Below, in pieces: positions 31,500 to 61,724 of a stretch of 64,000 nucleotides of DNA. Source of the DNA: Macrostomum lignano (taxonomy: Eukaryota); NCBI GenBank assembly GCA_002269645.1, contig NIVC01001750.1, positions 1-64,000 on the forward strand, given 5' to 3'. A program made the position numbers and the translations under genes. Positions within the stretch are counted from its first letter, which is position 1. Every line of letters begins with the position of its first letter. A model generated the notes under the pieces. That model saw only the letters and a list, made by a program, of their open reading frames with translations, did not search any database and was not told the origin of the DNA.

Positions 31500-31557
<58 letters not shown>

Positions 31558-31711
31558 AGAAAGGGAGAGGGGAAGAGAGAGAGAGAGAGAGAGAGAGGGG
31601 GAAGAGAGGGAGAGGGGAAGAGAGGGAGAGGGGAAGAGAGGGAGAGGGGAAGAGAGGGAGAGGGGAAGAGAGGGAGAGGGGAAGAGAGGGAGAGGGGAAG
31701 AAAGGGAGAGG

Positions 31712-31773
<62 letters not shown>

Positions 31774-34440
31774 AGAAAGGGAGAGGGGAAGAGAGAGAGA
31801 GAGAGAGAGAGGGGGGAAGAGAGGGAGAGGGGAAGAGAGGGAGAGGGGAAGAGAGGGAGAGGGGAAGAGAGGGAGAGGGGAAGAGAGGGAGAGGGGAAGA
31901 GAGGGAGAGGGGAAGAGAGGGAGAGGGGAAGAGAGGGAGAGGGGAAGAGAGGGAGAGGGAAGAGAGGGAGAGGGGAAGAGAGGGAGAGGGGAAGAGAGGG
32001 AGAGGGGAAGAGAGGGAGAGGGGAAGAGAGGGAGAGGGGAAGAGAGGGAGAGGGGAAGAGAGGGAGAGGGGAAGAGAGGGAGAGGGGAAGAGAGGGAGAG
32101 GGGAAGAGAGGGAGAGGGGAAGAGAGGGAGAGGGGAAGAGAGGGAGAGGGGAAGAGAGGGAGAGGGGAAGAGAGGGAGAGGGGAAGAGAGGGAGAGGGGA
32201 AGAGAGGGAGAGGGGAAGAGAGGGAGAGGGGAAGAGAGAGAGAGAGGAGGGAAGAGAGGGAGAAGGGAAGCGAGAGAAGGGAAGAAAGGGAGAGGGAAAG
32301 AAAGGGAGATTGGTAACGGCGAAGAAAGAACCTTAGAAATTGGATCTCCATAAGGAGTTGCTCAGTTGCATATTTTTATTCAAGTCTGCATTATCTGCCG
32401 ATATATATCGTGATTAGCATAACAAAGCCAAAAATATTACCGGTTGCCCATTAAAGCCCTGAAAATCAAGGAGAAGCGCAGAAATCTGTGGAAGAAGACT
32501 TGGATGTCATTCCAATACGCAGACGTGCACTTCAACTTTGACAACTTCGACTTCATACTAAAAGCAGACGATGACAGTTATTTTGTGATGGAGAACATGC
32601 GCTACCTTCTTCTGTCGCTGGATCCCGATCAGCCCAGCCTGCTTGGCCGGGTGTTTAAGCCGAGCAGCTGGTTCAAGCAGAAGTACACCTCTGGTGGCGC
32701 CGGCTATCTGCTGTCACGGGGAGCGGCGAAAAGTTTTGCCAGCAAAGCACTGAAAAGCGGAGGCACTAAACCTAAGGCTTGCGATTTGAGGTCCAGCATG
32801 CCCGAGGATGTCAAAATGGGTGAGCGGCTCGCAGTTCCCGTTGTTCCACTGAGCTGCGACATCATGAGGGCTTTGAGTCCGTTGGCACCTGACAATGGTT
32901 TGATAGTCTCTTCTCCCTACTCCTCTCTTCTATCCACTCTCTCTTTGCTTAATCCATTCTTCTCTTTCCCTTTCTACCTTTTTCATCGCTATTCTCACTC
33001 CTCTCCTCTCTCTTCTCTCTTCTCTCCCCTCTCTTCTCTTCTCTCCTCTCTCTCCTCTCCTCTCTCTTCTCTCTTCTCTCCCCTCTCTTCTCTTCTCTCC
33101 TCTCTCTTCTCTCCTCTGTCTTCTCTCCTCTCTCTCTTCTCTCCTCCCTTTTCTCCAGTCTCTCTTCTCTCCCCTCTCCTCTCTTTTCTCTTCTCTCCTC
33201 GTCTTCTCTCATCTCTCTTCTCTCCTCTCTCTTCTGTCCTCTGTCTTCTCTCCTCTCTCTCTTGTCCTCTGTCTTCTCTCCTCTCTCCTCTCTCCTCTCT
33301 CGTCTCTCCTCCCTCTTCTCTACTATCTCTACTCTCGCCTCTCCTCTCTTCTCTCCTCTCTCTTGTCTCCTCTCTCTCTCCTCTCTCCTCTCTTCTCTCT
33401 CTTATCTCATTTCTCCTCTCTCCTCTCTCCTTTCTCTTATCTTATCTCTCCTCTCTCCTCTCTCCTCTCTCTTCTCTCCTCTTTCCACTCTCCTCTCTCC
33501 CTCCCATCTCCTCTACTCTATTTTCTCTCTTCTTTCCCCTCCTCTCACCCCTCTCCTGTCCCTCTTTCTTGTCTTATCAGTTTACTCTCTTCCATCTCTT
33601 ATATGAATACATGTACTCTTTTCCCTATTCCCCTATTTTTCCCTTTGCTGTCTCCCCCCCCCCAACCTTCTCTCCACCGGTATTTTCAACTCCCGATCCT
33701 GACTTGGCTCCGCAGGCCAGTGCCTGGCAAAGCTCGGCGTTCGAATATTGGACACTGAGGACAGACAGGGCCTGGCGCGGTTCCACCCGCTGCCTCTGCA
33801 GTACACTCTCGGTCTGACCTCGGCTCCAGATTGGCTGATCGACTACAGCTATCAAAAGTTTCGGGCTGTGAGTAGCCTACTGTTTCATAATCCCAAACAA
33901 ATTTTGGGAGTTGAAATATTTAGGTCCTAATGAAATTTAGGTCTTAATGAAGCTCAATTTTTAATGAAATTTAGGACCTAGTGAAATTTAGGTTTGAGTG
34001 AAATTTATGTTTTTGTAAAATTTAGGTTTTTGTGAAATTTAGGTTTTAGTGAAATTTAGGTTTTAATGAAATTTAGGTTTTAATGAAATTTAAGTTTTAG
34101 TGAAATTTAGGTTTTAATGAAATTAAGAACCTAATAAAACTTAGTTTCTCATGACATTTTGGTCTAAATGAACCCCCCCCCCCAATTCTTTAATAACTAA
34201 CTCTTAATAACTAATTCTTTAGCAGCTCTTGCACATGATCCACGCCCCCCTTCCTTCACTCGTTCGCAGTGCGTCAAAGGCTGCGTAAGCCCCGTGTCAG
34301 TGTCGGTTCACTACGTCTCACCCGACGAGATGTACCAGTATGAGTTTCTGCTGTATACACTGCGATCCATAGGAACTGATCCCATTGCTGAGCACACTAG
34401 ACTTCTTCTAGAGACTATGAAGAGGCCATTGGAAGAATGA
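30742..34440 (+). CDS. C1GALT1: C1GALT1-like copy C, 355 aa
   Basis: Exons 30742-31123, 32457-32819, 33716-33867, 34270-34440 with the same intron phases. TM LLSLAVGLVAGAMVTQLI, RILCLIMTHP, TWAKRC, KADDDSY, YTSGGAGY, PEDVKMG.C, RFHP, SVHY..MYQYEFLLY. Confidence 0.9.
31220..32305. repeat. Polypurine GA repeat in intron 1 of copy C; polypyrimidine CT repeat at 32950-33530 in intron 2
   Basis: Direct reading. Confidence 0.95.
33925..34140. repeat. 17-bp AT-rich repeat (TGAAATTTAGGTTTTAA) in intron 3 of copy C
   Basis: Period 17. Confidence 0.85.
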
Positions 34441-34749
34441 ATGAGAATAAGTCTATAGCTACTTTTAACTAACTGTTTCGTCATCAATATCCAGTACGAA
34501 GGTTGATGAACTCCAATCAACGATAACAAATCATGGCATGCTACTTATAGTAGCAGCCTATATGAATATATTGGTGTTTTTGACTTAATAAAAACTGATA
34601 ATGTTCATTGGGCTATTTAGTTTACCACCCGATGGTGTTAAATCGATTTAATTAAAGTAGCTAAATTTTTGCTTTCCTGAGAATATTACTTCTGCTTTTT
34701 TAAATGAACCAAAGAGGCCCTTCTCTCCACCTCTTTGTATCAGTCAGCC

Positions 34750-34780
<31 letters not shown>

Positions 34781-34781
34781 G

Positions 34782-34813
<32 letters not shown>

Positions 34814-34841
34814 ATTCTGTCTGTCTGTCTGTCTGTCTTAG

Positions 34842-35226
<385 letters not shown>

Positions 35227-35259
35227 GAGTGTCTGTCTGTCTGTCTGTCTGTCTGTCAT

Positions 35260-35324
<65 letters not shown>

Positions 35325-35369
35325 CTGTCTGTCTGTCTGTCTGTGTGTCTGTGTGTCTGTGTGTCTGTG

Positions 35370-35400
<31 letters not shown>

Positions 35401-35445
35401 GTGTCTGTGTGTCTGTGTGTCTGTCTGTCTGTCTGTCTGTCTGAG

Positions 35446-35477
<32 letters not shown>

Positions 35478-35603
35478 ATTCTGTCTGTCTGTCTGTCTGT
35501 CTTAGTGTCTGTCTGTCTGTCTGTCTGTCTCTCTGTCTGTGTGTCTGTCTGTCTGTCTGTCTGTGTGTCTGTCTGTCTGTCTGTCTGCCTGTCTGTCTGT
35601 CAT

Positions 35604-35666
<63 letters not shown>

Positions 35667-35673
35667 GTCTGTG

Positions 35674-35724
<51 letters not shown>

Positions 35725-36223
35725 GTGTCTGTCTGTCTGTCTGTCTGCCTGTCTGTCTGTCTGTCTGCCTGTCTGTGTTTTCTGAGGGTGAGAGGGTGAG
35801 ACAGCGAGTTGGAGAGTGAAAGCGGTGCAAGACAGGCAATGCAGTAAAAGTATACTGCAGTGAGAGCATAACAGTGAGAGGTTGAGAACACCGCAAGCCC
35901 CCTGACTCGCAGTAACATAAGCTAGACAACCGCTCCTAGAAACTTGGTCATACACTTTTTCGCTGAAACTTCGCATGCGTGAGGTTTGTAGCTCCATGTC
36001 CGCCGCTAGAGTTTAAAGAAGCTAGAAAAAGAACTGAAATGAGAAAGGAAGGTAAAACTTGGGAATGTGGAACTTTTCTTTAATCCAGATAGCCCTAGAG
36101 TTCCTGAAACAGCCCGCCATCCACCTCAACCTCCACTTCCTCAAAAGTAGACGCCATGTGGTTGCTGCACACAGATCCTCATTTCAAGCCATACCAACAA
36201 ATTCCATTGCTGCAAGAACCGCT

Positions 36224-39503
<3,280 letters not shown>

Positions 39504-39823
39504 TTCAGACTGCTTGCTTCCTATGTACTGCTCATAGTACTATATGAGCAAGCGTTTGTTTTTAAATCGTAGTTTCTGTTTCTGTAAATTATTTCAAAGC
39601 ACCTGTTCCAAATGATTTTGAATATGTGTACCATTTTGCTGTGTCGCTTTAGTACTAAAAATATCTGCAGTATTGTGGATGTTCTTGGTGAAATTTTTTG
39701 CTCGCTAGTAACTGAAATGAAATTATGTACATGTAAAATCAGGACCCAGTTGATAAAAATCAAATATATTGATTGCCTCCTGACACCCAATTTAGCTCCA
39801 CCGCTGAAATTCAAATTAGTGCC

Positions 39824-39984
<161 letters not shown>

Positions 39985-40203
39985 TAGTGTCTGTCTTTTT
40001 ACCAGACGTTGGTAAAAAGAACTGTTTCGACAGGCAACAGCCAAAATTTATGGTGCAGTTAGAAGTCGCCCAGCACCAAATTTTGCTTGAAGATGTCCTG
40101 GACTCGGATGAAGAGGGAAAAAAGGAAGAGCGGAGGAAACCCTGACTGGTCCTCTTCTGGTTGGCTGGGGTCTGGGATAAGGACGGGAGTTGGGGAAGAG
40201 GGC

Positions 40204-40235
40204 TATAAAAGGGGTTGTCCAGCGTGACTCACTCC
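40204..40235 (+). promoter_or_regulatory. Candidate TATA box (TATAAAAG) and Inr-like TCACTC, possibly the PHLDB promoter
   Basis: TATAAAAG at 40204-40211, Inr-like A at 40231, donor-like AAGTG|GTAAGA near 40441. Motif match only. Confidence 0.25.
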
Positions 40236-40918
40236 CTCCACACAGCACTGAAAGGCAGTAGCCGAGTCAGAAGGCTGGCTCTCCGAACTAAGCAAGAACA
40301 TTCACATTTCCTGCATCAATCACCAAAGCCGGTTGTTTCACTTCGTCACGGTTTTGCAGTCCTTTATTGCACTATTTTCACTGGAATCGCTGAACTGCAG
40401 ACCATCGCGTTCTCGGGTGTGGTTGGTAGGAGCGTAAAGTGGTAAGAAGTGACGTTTTTATGACTAATTATGCATTATAAAGCGCTAGCATTATGCATAC
40501 GAACTCAAGCCGAGACCGTCTCTGTCATCTGCATGTCTGACATTTCAATGTAGATTGCAATGCTTAGTCAGCCACAAAAATTATAACAATTGTTGAAATG
40601 GAACGCGATTAAAGGGCCTTCTTCTAAAGATCAGAGGCGCCAAAGCTCAGGAGGGGACAGACGGACAGACACTACGACAGACAGACACTACGACAGACAG
40701 ACACTAAGACAGACAGACACTACGACAGACAGACACTACGACAGAAAGACACTAAGACAGGCAGACACTACGACAGACAGACACTACGACAGAAAGACAC
40801 TAAGACAGACCGACACTACGACAGACAGACACTAAGACAGGCAGACACTACGACAGACAGACACTACGACAGACAGACACTAAGAGAGACAGACAGACAC
40901 TACGACAGACAGACACTA

Positions 40919-41050
<132 letters not shown>

Positions 41051-41689
41051 GCACAGACAGACAGACAAAAGCCAAACTCACAGGCAGAGACAGCAGTGTG
41101 CATGTGCGTAATTTTCACTATTGATCTATCAAACGCTCTCTTCTCCGCACTGGACATTCCGCTGTGCAATGAATGCGCAACGGGGGGGGGGGGTGGCCTT
41201 GCCTCCGAGACCTGCTCAAAATTGACTCATTAGACTTGACTCACCCGCGTGTTCGTCTTCTCTGTCCCCAGTTCCCCTTATGTCCCAGTATTATGTATAT
41301 TAGTAGGCTAATTTAACTCTAACTATTTTTTATCGCTATAAATTGTCTGTAGATAGAATTTGATTTTAGGTAATTATATATCTAAGGATTAAAAATCGAT
41401 ACTAAATATGTCTTTAAGTCTCTGGGGGGGGGGGTATCTTAGCTCTGTAGGTATCAATACGACGCTTGCTTTAATTAAGAAGTTTGAAATATCGTTTTAT
41501 GGCATCAGGAGCTGAATTTATACGACATGGTCATGACTGCGATTTCAAGAAATAATAAAAAACTGGGTCCAAGTTAACAGACCGCTGTTAGATTATTATC
41601 TCCTACGGGTACACGGTTAGTTTTAGGGTAGGTTATACAGGCTGATAGGGTAAACAGGTCATGAATCTTTAAGAGATTGGGAAAATTGT

Positions 41690-42085
41690 AGGTCATGACC
41701 CGATAAGAATCCGTGGGTCATAGGTCATGACCCGATAAGAATCCGTGGGTCATAGGTCATGACCCGATAAGAATCCGTGAGTCCTAGGTCATAACCCGAT
41801 AAGAATCCATGGGTCATGGGTCATGACCCGATAAGAATCCGTAAGTCATAGGTCATGACCCGATAAGAATCCGTGGGTCATAGGTCATGACCCGATGAGA
41901 ATCCGTGGGTCATGGGTCATGACCCGATAAGAATCCGTGGGTCATAGGTCATGACCCGATAAGAATCCGTGGGTCATGGGTCATGACCTGATAAGAATCC
42001 GTGGGTCATGGGTTATGACTAGATGAGAATCCGTGGGTCATGGGTCATGACCCGACGAGAATCCGTGGGTCATGGGTCACGACCC
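41690..42085. repeat. 32-bp minisatellite (AGGTCATGACCCGATAAGAATCCGTGGGTCAT), about 12 units
   Basis: Period 32. Confidence 0.95.
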
Positions 42086-42559
42086 TAGGAGAAATATAAA
42101 GCCTTTAAGCCATTATGGGTTCGTCATTGCGGGGGAAGTCGGCGAACCCAAAAACCGAGGCTGGATCAACCTTAGCTGCAGGTTCTGCGCCATCAAAAAT
42201 TGATGCAGGGGAAAACGGAAAATGCTGCTGATAGGAAAGAGGAAGCTGTGTTGTTTACCGCTACGGGGTCATTGGGTGCAGCTGCGAGAGATTTGACCCC
42301 ATTGCTAATCTACTTGTGGAGAGAAAATCTTCCAATTTTTTGGATATTTTTGATGGAATCGAATTTCAGAAAAATTGTTGAAAAAGTAGCAATTTTTTAG
42401 AGATTAACTTTCGGCTTCGTTCGCATGCGATTCTACTGCGTTCATCAGTCTGATGATGGAGAATACTCTGATCCCCTATCTTCTTCCCAAATCCCCCTTT
42501 CTCTACCCCAATTTTTTTCTACCATTCTCTTTTTTATAACCCTTATTCCTTTCCCTATT

Positions 42560-44250
42560 CCCCACTCTCTACCATATTCCCCACTCTCTACCATACTCCC
42601 CACTCTCTACTCTATTCCCCACTCTCTACTCTATTCCCCACTCTCTACTCTATTCCCCACTCTCTACTCTATTCCCCACTCTCTACCCTACTTCCCACTC
42701 TCTACTCTACTCCCCACTCTCTACCCTACTTCCCACTCTCTACTCTACTCCCCACTCTCTACTCTACTCCCCACTCTCTACTCTACTCCCCACTCTCTAC
42801 CCTACTTCCCACTCTCTACCCTACTTCCCACTCTCTACTCTATTCCCCACTCTCTACTCTACTCCCCACTCTCTACTCTACTCCCCACTCTCTACTCTAC
42901 TCCCCACTCTCTACTCTACTCCCCACTCTCTACCCTACTTCCCACTCTCTACCCTGCTTCCCACTCTCTACTCTACTCCCCACTCTCTACTCTACTCCCC
43001 ACTCTCTACCCTACTCCCCACTCTCTACCCTACTTCCCACTCTCTACCCTACTTCCCACTCTCTACTCTATTCCCCACTCTCTACTCTATTCCCCACTCT
43101 CTACTCTATTCCCCACTCTCTACCATACTCCCCACTCTCTACTCTATTCCCCACTCTCTACTCTATTCCCCACTCTCTACTCTATTCCCCACTCTCTAAC
43201 CTACTTCCCACTCTCTACTCTACTCCCCACTCTCTACTCTACTCCCCACTCTCTACCCTACTTCCCACTCTCTACCCTACTTCCCACTCTCTACTCTACT
43301 CCCCACTCTCTACTCTACTCCCCACTCTCTACTCTACTCCCCACTCTCTACCCTACTTCCCACTCTCTACCCTACTTCCCACTCTCTACTCTATTCCCCA
43401 CTCTCTACTCTACTCCCCACTCTCTACTCTACTCCCACTCTCTACTCTACTCCCCACTCTCTACTCTACTCCCCACTCTCTACCCTACTTCCCACTCTCT
43501 ACCCTGCTTCCCACTCTCTACTCTACTCCCCACTCTCTACTCTACTCCCCACTCTCTACCCTACTCCCCACTCTCTACCCTACTTCCCACTCTCTACCCT
43601 ACTTCCCACTCTCTACTCTATTCCCCACTCTCTACTCTATTCCCCACTCTCTACTCTATTCCCCACTCTCTACCATACTCCCCACTCTCTACTCTATTCC
43701 CCACTCTCTACTCTATTCCCCACTCTCTACTCTATTCCCCACTCTCTACTCTACTTCCCACTCTCTATTCTATTCCCCACTCTCTACCATACTCCCCACT
43801 CTCTACTCTATTCCCCACTCTCTACTCTATTCCCCACTCTCTACTCTATTCCCCACTCTCTACCCTACTTCCCACTCTCTACTCTACTCCCCACTCTCTA
43901 CCCTACTTCCCACTCTCTACTCTACTCCCCACTCTCTACTCTACTCCCCACTCTCTACTCTACTCCCCACTCTCTACTCTACTCCCCACTCTCTACTCTA
44001 CTCCCCACTCTCTACCCTACTTCCCACTCTCTACTCTATTCCCCACTCTCTACCCTACTTCCCACTCTCTACCCTACTCCCCACTCTCTACCCTACTCCC
44101 ACTCTCTACCATATTCCCCACTGTCTACCCTACTCTAACCTACTCCCCACTCTCTACCCTACTCCCACTCTACCATATTCCCCCACCGTCTACCCTACTC
44201 TAACCTACTCCCCACTCTCTACCCTACTCGCTCTCAACCGACTCTAACCT
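42560..44250. repeat. 19-bp pyrimidine-rich minisatellite (CCCCACTCTCTACTCTACT)
   Basis: Period 19; explains the 592-aa artefact ORF. Confidence 0.95.
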
Positions 44251-44363
44251 ACTCTCCCCTCTCAACCCTAACCCTCATCGCCCTCCAATTATTTAATCTC
44301 CTTTCCTAATATTTTCCCTTATTTTTATTCTTTCATTTATTGCCTCCCCAAAAAGGGTCACAG

Positions 44364-44463
44364 GATTGTTGCTGCTATGCCTCTCGCGCATTCACCAACG
44401 GACAGGGCTAGGCGAGCTCTGCAGCAGCGCAGCCAACCGACCCTTGACCCACCTGTCAGTCAA
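44364..44463 (+). CDS. Candidate upstream PHLDB exon carrying a possible start (MPLAHSPTDRARRALQQRSQPTLDPPVSQ)
   Basis: AG at 44362-44363, ATG at 44377, phase-0 end matching the 45105 exon. The donor GTATCC is weak. Confidence 0.35.
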
Positions 44464-44939
44464 GTATCCACCCACCGCCCCCGCGGCCTCCTATCTCCCC
44501 TACCTCTCTCCTTACCACACGAAACCTTCGCCTAAACAGTCGAATTAAGAATTTCCCAACTTTTTTTGCGCAACTGGCCTCCCTCTACCGTAGTATCTAT
44601 TCACCCACCCTATACCGCTTAAAATCGTAAAGGGACGGCATTGCCTAGATGAGTCAGCCTGCCTGGCAAGCACCTGGACTGCGGGGGGGGGGGGTTTAAC
44701 CTCTACCGACTTTTAGCTGAATACTATTATAAATCAAACTTGCAGTATGTATCTAGGCTAACTGTGTATAATACAAGGTTTGAAAATTAATCTCTTACTA
44801 AGTCTGGGAGACTGAAACTTTCTGCTTTGAATCGATTTGATTCACGACTTTCTTATGCAGGCATGACGTACACACCGGTAGAATCTAAGGTTGGGGTGCG
44901 ATGGACACTGCATGATTTTCCAGACGGAAAAACAGATAC

Positions 44940-45076
<137 letters not shown>

Positions 45077-45104
45077 AAGACAGACACCCTGCCTCACCCC
45101 TCAG

Positions 45105-57771
<12,667 letters not shown>

Positions 57772-60079
57772 AAATTCCTTAATCCGTGTAAATTGGAGCT
57801 CGTGTGCATATGAGGTAGGCATTTGGATAGTACTGTATTTAAATGTACAATTAATTTAGTATTCATGTTTTTTCAACTTGTATTAACTTAAAATACTTGT
57901 ATAAATTATAATGGTTAGTTCTGTAATCCAATGCATCATGCTTTTATTTATTAGATACTTTTGATTCTTTCAGTATCTGAGATATAACTTTTGTGCTGTA
58001 TATGAACGGAAATATAGACAAAATTATCAAAACAGACAAGGTTAAATTGTAAGAATTTACTTTAAAATAGATAAGTTTTATGTAAGTTTCATTAGTGATG
58101 TATAATCATACTAATTGTCTTAATAAGACGATAATTTTTTGTTAGGAGAATATTATCGCAAACTGTTATACTGTTTTACTTGGCTTGTTTTGAAAAGGTT
58201 AAAACAAATTAATTTTATTACGAGGTTCCAATATTCTGTTGCTTCAATTTTTTTTCTTGTTTTGCAGAGTTTGTGCTATTTCGCTTTCATGCATTCGCTT
58301 TCATCGTTCTCTCAGAAAGGCAGAACATAATACGAAAAATCATAAGTTTTTGTACTATAATCATTAAGACTTTAACTGTTTCTGTAGCTCAATTAGTTTT
58401 ATGTCATTTGTAAACCAGAGTGTACTCTTGAATATTTGAGTATTGCACAGTATTAGAAAATATTAATTGACTACTTGAGCATACTGTAGATTACTACTGC
58501 GCTTTTTCAGAACAGGAAAAAATCCACTCAAGCATCCAATTTGGAATTCAAACTTGCGTTTAGATTAATTATATAAATACTGCTGTCTATTCCGCCTTCC
58601 ACACATGCTTGGGATTCTTTAAAATAAACAGCTAAATAGCTTCAATGCATCCAACATCCGGTTTTTGTAGCTTTTGTAAATTTTGCCTCCCACCAGTACG
58701 AACTAACAAAGTGTTGCACATGCAGTTGCTCTTGATAAAAAAGTTTTGGTAATGTTTGTGTCGATGCATGCTGTATTGTCGATGCAAATATTGTAATATT
58801 TTAAAATCAAAATATAATTTATGCATGAATCTATAATTGTCGATCTTGTTTTTCGCATCTATATGAAGTCTTTGTAATATTCTGTACACAATACAAACTG
58901 TCGATGTAATGCGCTGTGATGGTAGAGCTCGAGTATATCGATGAGAGTGAATTCGAGAGTAAGGAAAGAAGACAAAGACCAAGACAAAAGTGCACGTAAA
59001 GAATACAAAAATTGAGTGGTTTGTTATTAGTAAATTTAGCAATAATTACATTAAAACACGTAGGACTATGAACGTTCCTATAGCTAGCTTATTGAGCGCA
59101 GCCTTTAGTAGCTATTAGCTAGCTAATTTAGCTACATTTAAAGATTTTAATCTCAAGCTGTTTCTGCAACGACTTCATCGTATTAATTAATTTACTAGGA
59201 CCAAAGCGTAATGTAAGAGAGTGAAGCTAAAGTGATTGTGACTTTTATTTCTCTTTCTTAACTTTCTTATCAGTTGTACATGTACTGTACATGTTCATCT
59301 TTGGTAACTTAAATGGCAGCATTTATTGAGAGACTGTTTTGAAGATGAAATTGACAACAGCTATGCCAAACAAAAATTTAGCGTTTGGGCTATTACCAGT
59401 AACTGTGCCGCCTTACCTTAGCAAAATCCATGCACTGTTCCTATGTATTACCGCAGCACACTGTTATACTTGAAGAGCTCTCAGAGTATCGATTTTTCAC
59501 GCGATTTTAATTTAAACTTTTCAGTAATTTTGATCGGCGCTTATGTCAAGATTGAGACATTTCAATCAGTCCTGCCTGCCATTCAATCCATGAAGTGTCT
59601 CAATTTTCATGCGCTAAATTTGGGAAAATAACGCTGGCTCCTCGCTAAGTAGCCTTTCAATCAGACTTTTCACTTGATTTGCAAGTGAAAGTGATTGAGG
59701 TTTAATCTTTCGATTTGCACTTGTACTCACTCTGCTTACCTCTTGTCTGCAGCTGTGAAAATCGTGAAAATTTTGCTTTGGATTGGAAACACTTCAGCAG
59801 ATTCTGGTTTAATCTTGCTAATTAAAATTGACTGGAGTTTACAATATTATTTATAAGCGAATTGCCCGGCTGAAATGCAGTGCGGGCTTCTTTGTTTGGT
59901 TTCATTAGAAACGAGTTTCGTAGATTGTCTAACATTAACCCTCGCGTTTGGTGAGTATAGCATGCGTTTTTATTGGCCTTCACGATTGGTTTTTCTCATT
60001 TTTTCGAAGAATTACAAATACTCGAGGTGTGCAATTCTGAGATTCTATTTGTACAATTCTGTACAAATTACAGATATCA

Positions 60080-61340
60080 TACGGAAGAAACAGTACAGAC
60101 ACTGAAGAAACAGTAGAGACACAGAAGAACCCTTACAGACACAGAAGAAACAGTACAGACACAGAAGAAACAGAAGAAACAGTACAGACACAGAAGAAAC
60201 AGTACAGACACGGAAGAAACAGTACAGACACGGAAGAAACAGTACAGACACGGAAGAAACAGTACAGACACAGAAGAAACAGTACAGACACAGAAGAAAC
60301 AGTACAGACACGGAAGAAACAGTACAGACACGGAAGAAACAGTACAGACACGGAAGAAACAGTACAGACACGGAAGAAACAGTACAGACACAGAAGAAAC
60401 AGTACAGACACGGAAGAAACAGTACAGACACGGAAGAAACAGTACAGACACGGAAGAAACAGTACAGACACAGAAGAAACAGTACAGACACAGAAGAAAC
60501 AGTACAGACACAGAAGAAACAGTACAGACACGGAAGAAACAGTACAGACACGGAAGAAACAGTACAGACACAGAAGAAACAGTACAGACACAGAAGAAAC
60601 AGTACAGACACAGAAGAAACAGAACAGACACAGAAGAAACAGTACAGACACAGAAGAAACAGTACAGACACAGAAGAAACAGTACAGACACAGAAGAAAC
60701 AGTACAGACACAGAAGAAACAGTACAGACACAGAAGAACCATTACAGACACAGAAGAAACAGTACAGACACAGAAGAAACAGTACAGACACAGAAGAACC
60801 ATTACAGACACAGAAGAACCATTACAGACACAGAAGAACCCTTACAGACACAGAAGAACCATTACAGACACAGAAGAAACAGTACAGACACAGAAGAAAC
60901 AGTACAGACACAGAAGAAACAGTACAGACACAGAAGAAACAGTACAGACACAGAAGAACCATTACAGACACAGAAGAACCATTACAGACACAGAAGAAAC
61001 AGTACAGACACAGAAGAACCATTACAGACACAGAAGAACCATTACAGACACAGAAGAACCATTACAGACACAGAAGAACCCTTACAGACACAGAAGAAAC
61101 AGTACAGACACAGAAGAAACAGTATACAAGACACAGAAGAACCATTACAGACACAGAAGAACCATTACAGACACAGAAGAACCAGTACAGACACAGAAGA
61201 AACAGTACAGACACAGAAGAAACAGTACAGACATAGAAGAACCAGTATACAAGACACAGAAGAACCATTACAGACACAGAAGAAACAGTACAGACACAGA
61301 AGAACCAGTACATACACAGAAGAACCAATACATACACAGA
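60080..61340. repeat. 20-bp minisatellite (CACAGAAGAAACAGTACAGA) ending about 85 bp upstream of secreted-protein paralog 1
   Basis: Period 20. Confidence 0.95.
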
Positions 61341-61424
61341 AGTAGATTCAGAAAAGCATTTAGCTGTAAATAAAACTGATGAATATTCTAGGCTTTTAAT
61401 GGTTTAACTACCAAGTTTCAGAGA

Positions 61425-61724
61425 ATGTCGCCATCAATCAACAAATTGGTGTACAGCCTGCTGCTTCTGGGCCTCCTGTGCGCCGCCACAACAGTCTCAG
61501 CTGACTGCACCAGCAAATGCTTTACTAGCTCCGATTGTCCAGAGTTTTCGGACGATGGCGCTTTAAAACTGGCCAAATCGTGCTGGCGTTGGTATTATTC
61601 TTGCAAAACTATTGAAGAACAGCCGGTTGACCGTTCGAGCTGCGCTGAATGCGTGCAGTGCGCTTACACAGCCTGCAATCGGGGAAATGCTCCGCAAAAA
61701 ATTATCAGCGAGTACTGCAGATAA
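61425..61724 (+). CDS. Small secreted cysteine-rich protein, paralog 1 (99 aa as assembled), family not recognised
   Basis: 26-aa signal-peptide-like N-terminus ending TVSA, 10 Cys in the mature part, about 50% identity to the ORF at 63742, TTTCAG acceptor ending at 61421. Confidence 0.8.
   Translation: MSPSINKLVYSLLLLGLLCAATTVSADCTSKCFTSSDCPEFSDDGALKLAKSCWRWYYSCKTIEEQPVDRSSCAECVQCAYTACNRGNAPQKIISEYCR

Noticed and set aside
58632-59042. 136-aa minus-strand ORF
   Set aside because: AT-rich, no motifs, probably within or near the PHLDB 3' UTR.
60045-61337. Cys-rich metallothionein- or keratin-like minus-strand ORFs
   Set aside because: Translations of the 20-bp minisatellite, open in all three frames.
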